Positions 12,501 to 23,570 of a stretch of 64,000 nucleotides of DNA are shown one piece after another. Origin of the DNA: Macrostomum lignano (taxonomy: Eukaryota). Location: NCBI GenBank assembly GCA_002269645.1, contig NIVC01002850.1:62001-126000 (forward strand), read 5' to 3'. Each line of letters opens with the position of its first letter. Positions within the stretch are counted from its first letter, which is position 1. The notes below the pieces were generated by a model. That model saw nothing but the letters and a program-made list of their open reading frames with translations. It did not search any database and was not told where the DNA came from. The position numbers and the translations under genes were made by a program.

Positions 12501-15500
12501 ACAGCCCCGACACCAACCCCTCCACTCTCTTACCATCAACCCCCACAGCCCGACTCCCACCCCTCCACTCTCTTACCCTCAACCCCCACAGCCCTAACAC
12601 CAACCCCTCCACTCTCTTACCCTCAACCCCCACAGCCCTAACACCAACCCCTCCACTCTCTTACCCTCAACACCCACAGCCCCGACACCCACCCCTCCAC
12701 TCTCTTACCCTCAACCCCCACAGCCTTAACACCCACCCCTCCACTCTCTTACCCTCAACCCCCACAGCCTTAACACCCACCCCTCCACTCTCTTACCCTC
12801 AACACCCACAGCCCCGACACCCACCCCTCCACTCTCTTACCCTCAACCCCCACAGCCTTAACACCAACCCCTCCACTCTCTTACCCTCAACACCCACAGC
12901 CCCGACACCCACCCATCCACTCTCTTACCCTCAACCCCCACAGCCCCGACACCAACCCCTCCACTCTCTTACCCTCAACCCCCACAGCCCCGACACCCAC
13001 CCCTCCACTCTCTTATTCTTATCACCCCAGACTTAAAATCCAACTCACCGCAGCAGGCCTCGCCGGTTCCCGACTCTTTGGAGCAAAAATATCATCTTCA
13101 CTTTCGTCATCGTCGTCGTCCCACAGAGACGCTTTGTGACCTGAAGTACACAATGTACTTTTAACTACAGTGTACGAAACATACAGAATAAAATTACCAT
13201 TAAGTTAACCTGCTTTTTCGACTGTATAAACAGCGATCTTAGCACCACACATATCAAGTTTCGGTTACAGTAGCGAACACCTTTTTGTGTGAGTAAATTA
13301 TTAACTACAGATTCTTTGCATTTTCTGGCTAGTTAATAGGCAGGGGTTGTGTGCACCCTGGCGCACTTTAAGCGACATTGTCGCACAACCGGCGAGAGGC
13401 ATTGCTGCCCATTCCGCCGATTCCCCTGAGCAGGCACGCAAGCGCGCGGATACGTACGCAGTCATACGCACAGGCACACACTCACACAGGAGTGTACAGC
13501 GGCCCTGAATTTATTTATCGTTAGGCATGTACACTTCACTGTGCCTTGGGGTTGGCCCTCAAGCTGGGCGTTAATTGCACGAGCAGAGTCAAGACGAGAT
13601 TCCCATTTAGCCCCAAATTAATGTGACTGCACTTGGAATCGAGCCTGGGCCGCTGGCACATCAGAGCGCTGCGCTAGACCACTGGTGATTATTAAAGTGC
13701 ATTGCGCGATTCTAAAATTGCATTTTGTTATTCTTAAAGTGTATTGCGCGATTCTTGAAGTACATTGTGAGTTTCTTAAAGTGCATTGCGCAATTCTAAA
13801 AGTGCATTTTGTTATTCTCAAAGTGCATTGTGCGATTCTTGAAGTACATTGTGAGTTTCTTAAAGTGCATTGCGCGATTCTAAAAGTGCATTTTGTTATT
13901 CTTAAAGTGCATTGTACGATTCTTGAAGTGCATTGCGCGATTCTAAAAGTGCATTTTGTTATTCTCAAAGTGCATTGTGCGATTCTTGAAGTACATCGTG
14001 AGATTCTTAAAATGCATTGCGCGATTCTTAAAGTACAAGCAGCGAATCTCACCTCCAGGCGCGATGGATCCTTGCAGCAGCTTCTGCACTGAATCCTCCG
14101 CAGCCGCAGCCGCCGCCCCCGATGCCCCAGCAGCGGCAGAAGCGGCAGGAGCCTCAGACGAAGCGGATTTTGTTGCACTTTTCGGCGGCAATTTGCCGCT
14201 TAACCGAGCTTTCAACTCGTCAGTAACCGACATTGGTCGGTCGCTGCGACGTTCAGAGTCGTCTTCTTCTTCTTCCTCATCTTCGTCTTCCTTTTTAACT
14301 TCTTCTGCTGCCGCCCCTGCTGCTGCTGCTGCAGCTCCTCGTCGATTTGGAACAAACAAATCGTCATCTTCATCATCTTCTTCGCTATCATCGTCGCCAA
14401 AGAGGCGACGCTGTTGTTGTCGTTGCTTTTGCTGCTGCTGTTGATTTTGTTGCTGCTGCTGTTGCAGAGTCTGCTTCTGCTTAGGCTTCTTATTATCCCG
14501 TCGTAAACTGGTAAGTCTGTCCTCAGACTCTTGAAGATCATCTTCGTCGCTGTCGGATTGCTGGTGATTTGCTGCTGCGGCTCTGCGATCTTCTTCTGCT
14601 GCTTCATTATCTTCTTCTTCCTCGTCATCTTCTTCATCTGTCTCAGCTGCCTCAGCGGCGGCTCCTGACTGACCCGCGGCTGCTGCTCCACCGGTTGCGA
14701 CGGCGGACCCCGAGTCCAACTGAGGTGAACAAGGAGTGCGCATCATGTTGAAACTACCGGTGTCAGACAGGTGAAACTACCGGTGTCTGACTGGTGAAAC
14801 TAACGGTGTCTGACTGGTGAAACTAACGGTGTCTGACTGGTGAAACTAACGGTGTCTGACTGGTGAAACTACCGGTGTCTGACTGGTGAAACTACCGGTG
14901 TCAGACAGGTGAAACTACCCGTGTCAGACAGTGAAACTACCAGTGTCAGACTGGTGAAACTACCGGTTTCTGACTGGTGAAACTACCCGTGTCAGACAGG
15001 TAAAACTACCGGTGTCAGACAGGTGAAACTACCGGTGTCTGACAGGTGAAACTACCCGTGTCAGACAGGTGAAACTACCCGTGTCAGACAGGTGAAACTA
15101 CCGGTGTCAGACAGGTGAAACTACCCGTGTCAGACAGGTGAAACTACCGGTGTCAGACAGGTGAAACTACCGGTGTCAGACAGGTGAAACTACCGGTGTC
15201 AGACAGGTGAACTACCCGTGTCAGTTAAGTGAAACTACTGGTGTCAGACAGGTGAAACTACCGGTGTCAGACAGGTGAAACTACCGGTTTCTGACTGGTG
15301 AATCTACTGGTGTCAGACAGGTGAAACTACCCGTGTCAGACAGGTGAAACTACCGGTTTCTGACTGGTGAAACTACTGGTGTCAGACAGGTGAAACTACC
15401 CGTGTCAGACAGGTGAAACTACCCGTGTCAGACAGGTGAAACTACCCGTGTCAGACAGGTGAAACTACCCGTGTCAGACAGGTGAAACTACCCGTGTCAT

Positions 15501-18500
15501 ACAGGTAAAATTACCATTGTAATACAGGCAAAACTAAAATTTAAATACTATTGATTTTGAAACTTCCGATTGACAGTTCCTAAAAAACATTCCAGCATTA
15601 TCGATTCCCCACCTGCAGTTGCGAAGCCAGTCCAACCCAATCATCTGCCAACCAGGATGAAGAGCCAACCAAATAAGGCAGCCGCCTGTGCTTGTAGATG
15701 TCTCTGGCCTGATAAACCGGTTCCAGCATTGCCGCCGCCGCCGCGCGATTCCCCACAGCGCTTTGATCCTCTTCATCATCTTCATCTTCGCTGTCGCTAA
15801 CGTCAGCCAGCTCTACTCGGTCGTACTTTGTCTCCAAAATTGACAGGCCGAGCTTCATAGCCTCCTGTATCCATGGCACTCGTTCAGCTTCAAGTTGTTC
15901 GCGCGATTTTGGCTTGCCCTCCGAAGCGGCTGCGGAGGCTGAAGCGGACGAACCTTTGGCATTTTCAGCGACATTGGAGGTTGCTCCGGTTGTTGCTAAG
16001 TCTTCGTCGTAGACTCGCTGCGGTTAGAAGAGATAAGAGTAGGTGATTGCTTCCGGTTGCTAGGGATTTTTTTATCAATATCTACTTCCGGTTGCTAAGG
16101 AACAGAAATAGTGTCTACTTCCGGTTGCTGAGGAACAGGAATAGTAGCTACTTTGGTTGCTAAGGAACAGGAATATTATAAAATTCCGGTTGCTAAGAGA
16201 CAGGAATAGCAACTACTTCCGGTTGCTGAGGAACAGGAATAGTATCTACTTCCGGTTGCTAAAGAACAATAGTATCTACTTCCGGTTGCTGAGGAACAGG
16301 AATAGTATCTACTTCCGGTTACTAAAGAACAAGAATAGTATCTACTTCCGGTTGCTGAGGAACAGGAATAGTAGCTACTTTGGTTGCTAAGGAACAGGAA
16401 TATTATAAAATTCCGGTTGCTAAGGAACAGGAATAGCAACTACTTCCGGTTGCTGAGGAACAGGAATAGTATCTACTTCCGGTTGCTAAAGAACAATAGT
16501 ATCTACTTCCGGTTGCTGAGGAACAGGAATAGTATCTACTTCCGGTTGCTAAAGAACAAGAATAGTATCTACTTCCGGTTGCTGAGGAACAGGAATAGTA
16601 GCTACTTTGGTTGCTAAGGAACAGGAATATTATAAAATTCCGGTTGCTAAGGAACAGGAATAGCAACTACTTCCGGTTGCTGAGGAACAGGAATAGTATC
16701 TACTTCCGGTTGCTAAAGAACAAGAATAGTATCTACTTCCGGTTGCTGAGGAACAGGAATAGTATCTACTTCCGGTTACTAAAGAACAAGAATAGTATCT
16801 ACTTCCGGTTGCTGAGGAACAGGAATAGTAGCTACTTTGGTTGCTAAGGAACAGGAATATTATAAAATTCCGGTTGCTAAGAAACAGGAATAGCAACTAC
16901 TTCCGGTTGCTGAGGAACAGGAATAGTATCTACTTCCGGTTGCTAAAGAACAAGAATAGTAATCTACTTCCGGTTGCTGAGGAACAGGAATAGTATCTAC
17001 TTCTGGTTGCTAAAGAACAAGAATAGTATCTACTTCCGGTTGCTGAGGAACAGGAATAGTAGCTACTTTGGTTGCTAAGGAACAGGAATATTATAAAATT
17101 CCGGTTGCTAAGAAACAGGAATAGCAACTACTTCCGGTTGCTGAGGAACAGGAATAGTATCTACTTCCGGTTGCTAAAGAACAAGAATAGTAATCTACTT
17201 CCGGTTGCTAAGGAACAGTAATATTATCTACTTCTGGTTGCAAAGGAACAAGAACACGAATAATATCTACTTCTAGCTGCAAAGAAACAGGAATAGTATC
17301 AACTTCCGGTTGCTAAGGAACAAGAACAGGAATAGTATCTACTCTACTTCTGGTTGCTAAGGAACTCCTATCTACTTTTGGTTGCTAGGGAACATAGATA
17401 TTATCTACTTCTAGTTGCTAAAAAACAGGAATAGTATCTACATCTGGTTGCTAAGGAACTAGTGTCTACTTTTGGTTGCTAGGGAACACAGATAATATCT
17501 AATTCCGGTTGCTAAGGTACAGGGAAAAATCTGCTTTAGGTTGCAGGAGAAATTCTATTCCTTATTATATCGCTGGCAATTCTGTGAATCCGCATCTGTT
17601 TCTGTCTTATGGCGATCTCTATTTTGTGCTCAGTTGTTGTAAAATTGAAAAAAAATTGAATGATGTCACTCACATTTTCAACGAAACGTGTATCAGCCAA
17701 AGCGTTGAAATCGTTAAAAGTGTTATGCAGCAGAGTGCGAGAAGATCGGATCTCCTGCACACTGTCCTGTAGAGTCTTTTGAAACTCCGAAGTCTTGGCT
17801 AGAAGATTGCGATTGCTCTCTTCGAGGTAGAGTAGCAACTGTAGTGTTAGAGGTGAAATTGTGGAAATATGGAGAAATATATGTAAAAAATAGTTCATAA
17901 TTTCAATTCAAATATTTGTACATAGTTTGTTGTGTTGTGGGAATCTGTAATACATATCAGCAGTATTATCTCCTTACAGGTAGGGATAAGGATAAGGAAT
18001 AAAGTTAAGCAGATGAGGGAGGGCAAGAAGGTAAGCGGGCAAGAGGGGAAAGAGGGGAAGAGAGGAAAGTGGGGAAGAGGGGAAAGAGGAGAAAGAGGGG
18101 AGAGGGGAAAGAGGGCAAAGAGGGGGAGAGGGGGAAGAGGGGAAAGAGGAGAAAGAGGAGAAAGATGGAAGAGGGGAAGAGGGGGAAAGAGGGGGAAGAG
18201 GGGAATGAGTAAAGAGGAGAAAGAGAGGAGAGGGGGAAGAGAGGAAAGGGGAAGAGGGGAAAGAGGAGAAAGAGGGGAGAGGGGAGAGGGGAGAGGGAAG
18301 AGGGGAAAGAGGGGAAAGAGGAGAAAGAGGGGAGAGGGGAGAGGGGGAAGAGGGGAATGAGTAAAAAGAGGAGAAAGAGGGGAGAGGGGAAGAGGGGAAA
18401 GAGGGAAAGAGGGGAATGAGTAAAAAGAGGAGAAAGAGGGAGAGGGGAAGAGGGGAAAGAGGGGAAGAGGGGAATGAGTAAAAAGAGGAGAAAGAGGGGA

Positions 18501-21500
18501 GAGGGGAAAGAGGGGAAAGGGGAAGAGGAAAAGCAGCCTGTAGTTTGCAGACAAGACAAAAAGAATAAACAGCGATACTTTGATGTAAACAAACGCTAAA
18601 AACTCTACAACTCAAAACCCGTGGATGCACACACCGCAAGTTAATAAAGAATCAGTTAGTCAGCTCACCCCAGCATCTCCAGCTAGCGACCATTCGTGCG
18701 CCCGCTCACGAATTTCATCAAGCGTCCATGGCCGCTCCCACAGTTTTGGCTGAGCAACTGGTTGATCTGCTTGATTGCTAGACGAATCCAGCGTGTTGCA
18801 TGAAATATCAACATATTAACATGACCAACTGACCAAACCAATTAGCACATTCTAACCTCCTAAACTTTACCTTGCTAGTGCAGAATAGTTTTCTACAAAA
18901 AATGCAACATACTTGTATTTATTTCCCTAAGTTTTCCCTAAAACTTTTTATTTTTTTTCCACTTTTCCATGTTTTTTTAATTTTATCATAACAAATTTTT
19001 CTTGGAATAAAAAATCTACTGATCAAAATTTTATGCCAGTATATACCAAGCCTATTATGACTTCTTATAGCCAATATGATGCCAATAAAAATATTATGTT
19101 AACTATACAGTATATGCAACCCTTGAATTTGAAAACCAAATTTACAATGGAATCTTTTTTTAAATATTCTATATGATCTTCAATTTGTATACTTGCTTAG
19201 CTGATGAATTTTAAAACATCTGTGTCTTGTCTACTATTTTACCTAGCTAAAATAGTTACATATTATACATATGTATATATATAAGAATTGATATTTGCTA
19301 TCACTAGGATCACTGCCTTATTGATTATAATATTGGCATATTTAATTATTTTTCAATTTTAAATATAAGTTAAATAACTTCAACTATATAAGATAAATAG
19401 ATAGGCCTAGTGTTTATGATAATGCTTTCATAGATTGAGTCATTATATTCAATTCTTGCACAATCAGATCAAAATTGCATCAGTCAACTAAGCTTCCCAA
19501 CAGATAGATTTCTCTAGGATAGATCATATTTATAGGATAGTTGGCCTCCTAGCTATTTAAACCTGATAAGTATCAATTAAATATAAGAATTCTACATATG
19601 AAACAAACAACAAAAGATGAACCCTGCAGATTCCTATTATAATTAGACTATTTGAAAGACTATAGATAGACATTTATCAATAGAAATTTTGGTATAGACA
19701 TTTGTCCATAGACCAAGATATAATTTGTATATAAAAAATTTTGGACAAATTTTGTGGGTGCTGACAAAAACTTGGATACTTGCATAAGCATTTTTAATAA
19801 ACTTATAAAACTTTAAAGGAAGTGCTGATCCCCATGTTCCCATGCTGATAATTCCAATTTTATTCACACAGATTCATGTCAATAATTTTCAGCTTATCTC
19901 CACGGCAGCTTATTGGAATAAAGAACCTTATTATTCTAAACAAATTTTTATTCTAAACAAAGTTGCTTGCAGAAACTGTCATTTTTTATTATTTTACAAA
20001 TCTTCCAAATAAACAGCTGAATACTGAATAGTTTTGAGTACTTTGTTAAAACTATTGAGTTGTAAAAAGGGTTAATTTTAAATATTTGCTTAGCTGCTGG
20101 CTTTGCTTAGAATGACCAAACCCTTGAAGATTGTCAATACTGATGCACCAATATTAGTACTCAAAAACTAAACACAAAAAACTATACAATCTTAGCTGTG
20201 ACTCCTATGAGGATAAGCTGAAAATTATTAACACAGATCTGTGTGAATAGAATTGGGATTATTGACATGACTTGATTGATAGTAGCTATTTCAATAAGCT
20301 GCTATGGAGATGAGCTGAAAATTATTGACATGGATCCTGGATCCATGTGAATAAAATTGGAATTATTGGCACTGGACCATACATGCGCAACAGTCGGCCG
20401 AGTCGGCTGATCCAGCCAACCGATTTGGTGGCCAACCAAGGAATTTGAAAAAATGCCCACCCGAAAAATAACAAAGCAGTAGTACTAAGTAGCTGACGAG
20501 GCATTTTGGCTAAATAAGACAGTCATAGTTACTCTTGCTGTTTACCTAAAGTTGCATTAATTTTGCTTTAGGGTTTTTTTACATGTAAGTTGCATTTTTG
20601 GCCAAAAACTATGTCGCATTTTTGTTAAAACTAAGTTGCATGGCCGACCGAATTTTGGAGGTTGCGCATGTATGCACTGGACTGTGGGGATAAGCATTTC
20701 CAACTTAATAAGATTATATACAATTTGTTCTTTCCTGATTATCAAATAATTTGACTAGGCCTAGGCCTAGATTTGCCAAATTTTTCCTTGATGAACCTTT
20801 ACACCTAGACCCTATTGCCAAAAGATAGGCCTAATAAATATAACCATGTCCACTATACTATAGGCCTATCTATAATCTATGTAATGTATAGTCATAGATG
20901 TATAGTCTTCCTTCTATTTAAAAGTGAAGATTTAGACTCCCTTTGAAAAAGAATATCCTACTAGTACAGTTATCAACATAAAATAGGCCTATAAAGGCAT
21001 AGGCCTAGTCCTAATAGCCATAGCTATCATCAGTTAGGCCCTAGGGCCTATCACTAAAAACACTTCAGTAATATTTGAGCAATTGAGCTATAGGCATAGA
21101 ACTATGGCCTATTACTTGTAAAATTGTAAATAAACAGCTTGCCATATTTATTAACAGGGTAGGCCTACAAAAATACAATGTGTTTTAAGTTAAGCTTTTT
21201 ATTCAAAAATTATAAATCAACAAATGATTGAATGAGGAACTTAGTTTGTTTTAGGACTAGGAGTTAGAAAAAAATAAAATTATAGACAGTTCATGTACTA
21301 TTTAGGACCCAAGGTCAATCGATGGGGCCTAGGATAAGAAAGGCCTACTTCAAAGGATGAGAATGAAATTACCAGGCCTAGTATTTTGTAGGTATATGTA
21401 TGTGTACGTGTACAGGGTACTGCGTACTGCTACTGGTACGAGTACGAGCAAGGAAAAAATTGAATGAGGCAGAGAGAGGCGGTGGTTCACTTTCGGATGT

Positions 21501-21718
21501 TTGAAAGACACGATGGCATAAATTTTCACAAAGCAGTATTACTCCCAAAACTTTCAGCTTTGCGTGGGATTATACCATAGTGGGGTGGCCAGTGGGCAGT
21601 GGAATATTATTATATTTTTATTAACTGGATAAAATTTCATTCTTAGAAATCAATCTTGACTGAAATGGTGGCATTTTTATAGCCTTGAAAAACAAAATAG
21701 GCCTACCCACATACCCAT
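3598..21718 (-). CDS. WASHC2: WASH complex subunit 2 (FAM21), multi-exon, ~1440 aa
   Basis: Exons in transcript order: [21715-21718 and 18871-18892, tentative], 18669-18777, 17674-17838, 15613-16017, 14053-14719, 13049-13140, 12361-12394, 12063-12215, 10664-10807, 10338-10510, 9685-10069, 8191-9018, 7311-7375, 6304-7216, 3598-3761. All junctions are GT-AG with matching phases. Translation gives the FAM21 head (WERPWTLDEIRERAHEWSLAGDAG|LLLYL...LHNTFNDFNALADTRFVEN|RVYDE; PWIQEAMKLGL; RRLPYLVGS; DELKARL), many LF-acidic-LF (LFa) motifs such as LFDSDSSDEGDDLF and LFDSDDDDDDDDLF, a CPI motif, and the C-terminus NIFDDPLGALK*. Confidence 0.93.
3845..6114. repeat. Intronic minisatellite, 21-22 bp unit (agtgtcagattgcaggttcaat)
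   Basis: About 100 tandem copies fill the last WASHC2 intron. Confidence 0.97.
7490..8130. repeat. Intronic minisatellite, ~28 bp unit (caataaaacacccaccaccccactccgc)
   Basis: Tandem, degenerate toward the ends; lies in WASHC2 intron 7376-8190. Confidence 0.93.
9175..9680. repeat. Degenerate intronic minisatellite, ~21 bp unit (cataaatcataactagggtgt)
   Basis: Tandem copies in WASHC2 intron 9019-9684. Confidence 0.88.
10133..10255. repeat. Intronic minisatellite, 16 bp unit (tcatatctccgacact)
   Basis: About 7 tandem copies in intron 10070-10337. Confidence 0.9.
11045..11990. repeat. Intronic minisatellite, 31-32 bp unit (acacccaaaatcacaccctaaagtggacaagg)
   Basis: About 30 tandem copies in intron 10808-12062. 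Confidence 0.96.
12460..13015. repeat. Intronic minisatellite, 44 bp unit (cacccacccctccactctcttaccctcaacccccacagccccga)
   Basis: About 12 tandem copies in intron 12395-13048. Confidence 0.95.
13330..13690 (-). mobile_element. tRNA-derived SINE with a LINE-derived 3' tail
   Basis: The minus-strand head CCAGTGGTCTAGCGCAGCGCTCTGATGTGCCAGCGGCCCAGGCTCGATTCC has a partial A box and a B-box-like GGCTCGATTCC. The 3' ~100 nt align to the 3' UTR of the LINE relic at 40227-40353. Body-like relics occur at ~32860-32930 and ~33855-33960. Confidence 0.7.
13691..14040. repeat. Intronic minisatellite, 21 bp subunit (aagtgcattgcgcgattctta and variants)
   Basis: Tandem array beginning just inside the donor at 14052. 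Confidence 0.9.
14752..15505. repeat. Intronic minisatellite, 23 bp unit (gtgaaactaccggtgtcagacag)
   Basis: About 33 tandem copies in intron 14720-15612. Confidence 0.96.
16060..17510. repeat. Higher-order repeat: ~33 bp monomers in ~227-230 bp units
   Basis: Monomer tacttccggttgctgaggaacaggaatagtatc. Near-identical ORFs recur at 16157, 16384 and 16611 (227 bp spacing); the array degenerates after ~17200. Confidence 0.93.
18030..18530. repeat. Polypurine (GA-rich) low-complexity tract
   Basis: Almost pure G/A on the plus strand, in intron 17839-18668. Confidence 0.95.
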
Positions 21719-22436
21719 TCAACACAAATGCGCTAAATTTATTCAATAAAGTTTTATTTAACCAGTTATACTTTTATCTTTCAAATTATTCAATGCTGTT
21801 ATAGTAAACTAAGTAATTAATCATTTTCACGCATTCTACGCGCGGGTGATGTGTTCCCACCGATCTTTTATTAGCCACCAGAGATTTTCATCTACTAAAG
21901 TATTTTTAGAATTTACAGAATCAATACGCTGTATTTACAGAGTTTCCGTTACACGTACATGTACATGTACGGCCAGTCGGCCCGAGAGCAATTCCCTCGG
22001 TGCATGCCGCCAGCGGTCTGCTGCTACGCCGACCGCTACTATATACGTCGTACTATGCTAGCCGCCTGCGATTTTCCTAGTGGGCTACTACCTGAATTTA
22101 CATTACATGTAAATGTGTGCAGGTAGTCTTACGGTATGCATTATGATGTAGGCATTCAAGTCGTGCCACCCCCCCCCCCACTATTTTTGCGCACGCCCGA
22201 TTCCCTTCCCTTCACGACGTGATGACTCATTCTTATCGCACCACCTTACTCCCCCGCGCACTAAACCAACTGTACCTCCTTTCTATTGATCGAAATCATT
22301 CATGCGTGTGACACTTTTATGACCCACTATCTCGAAGCTTTTTCCTGCCTGCTGCATGCTGTAATCCCCCACCATAAATCATTATCCGCTGCGCCCCACA
22401 ATTTCTCGTCTTATCACAGCGCGGCTGGCGGCCGGG

Positions 22437-22444
22437 TGACGTCA
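22437..22444. promoter_or_regulatory. Perfect CRE palindrome TGACGTCA in a CpG-rich head-to-head interval
   Basis: Motif seen directly between the WASHC2 (minus) and kinase (plus) 5' ends. Function is not shown. Confidence 0.3.
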
Positions 22445-23570
22445 TCAGGGTTGCTTGCATGGTAACGGCCAGGTCAAGGACAAGTCACGGCGCGGCCTTC
22501 AATATCACGCATTACACGTGATCGCGACGTGACGCATATGATCCGATCTCAGGGCTAAAAATTCTAAGAACCTGCTTTGATCCCTGAGCGGCAACTCTCT
22601 TCCTTAACCTTTCCTTACCTTCTCCCACTCTCGTTTTACCGCCCACCCCCCACTTTACACTTTTTGAGTGTTTGTTACTCTTCCTCACTTAACTCTCGAG
22701 GTGACACGACTTGATTTAACCTCCCTCATCAGCTTCGATCTGACAAGTCTCATCGACTGATCGGCTGTAGCCGACTCCACCGTGACCATCCGAGGTTTTT
22801 TGCTCTGTTGCGCTGCCCTTAGGTACCGTCCGCCCCGGTCTCTCCCCCCAAAACGCCTCTGGCGTGTACCTTCAAACAACCCGGACCCGCTGTCTAAATG
22901 AATGGGATTTTGGCCGCAACGTCTGCTACCGCATCATCCAGAGGCGGACAAAGGCTAGGGGACGAGGCCTGGTGGCTGTACCTTTCAGCGCCAGAGCCCA
23001 GGGGTTTGCACAGGCGTTTTCATGCAGCCCCGGGTTACGTATGTTAGAGTTGATTAAGAAACAAATTTCCTTTACTTTACACTCGTATTTGATTCCTTAT
23101 GTTTGAGTGGTCATCGTGGAACTCCTGTAACACAATCTAAAAGACAGCTATTTGACTTAAATTATGCATGTAACATCGCACTTTAATTAATTGTTGTGAA
23201 AGGCATTGTTATACAAGTACCGGTACAAATGTGCGATGCACTTGTTTTCAGTGGCGATCAGCCTTTACGGTTGCATTCACACGTAATTGTACATTAACAG
23301 TCGAAACAAGCACCACTATACATGTTGCTAGACTCCATCTTGGAACTCCTGACAGACGTGCGCTCGAAATTTAATCCGGGCCATAGACGAAATTTCAGTT
23401 ATTCCTTGTAAACGATTAAAGTCACAACTAATTAAATACCTATCGATTGTAAAAAGACACAACCAAATATATAATTGTTTAAGAGTTTCAGGTCAAACAG
23501 CCTGCTGACATTACTAGTATAGGTGTACAGAAGTTCTCAAGCTCAGCTGAGAGGCACTGTGGTACACAAT

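Noticed and set aside
13625-13690. Functional tRNA gene
   Set aside because: There is no complete acceptor stem, the A box is partial, the anticodon arm is irregular, and it continues into a SINE body and LINE-like tail.
18669-18892. Spliced-leader AUG supplying the WASHC2 start
   Set aside because: The better acceptors (18892, 18777) are out of frame with a terminal AUG. A cis micro-exon route explains the frame, and the host's trans-splicing status is not shown by the sequence.
20750-21710. Cluster of TAGGCCTA palindromes
   Set aside because: Short, irregularly spaced motif in AT-rich DNA with no structure or function evident.
22685-22879. Short minus ORFs at 22685-22879, 37470-37763 and 38820-39062 as genes or TE proteins
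   Set aside because: No recognisable motifs or consistent splice partners. They may be decayed TE fragments but cannot be supported.
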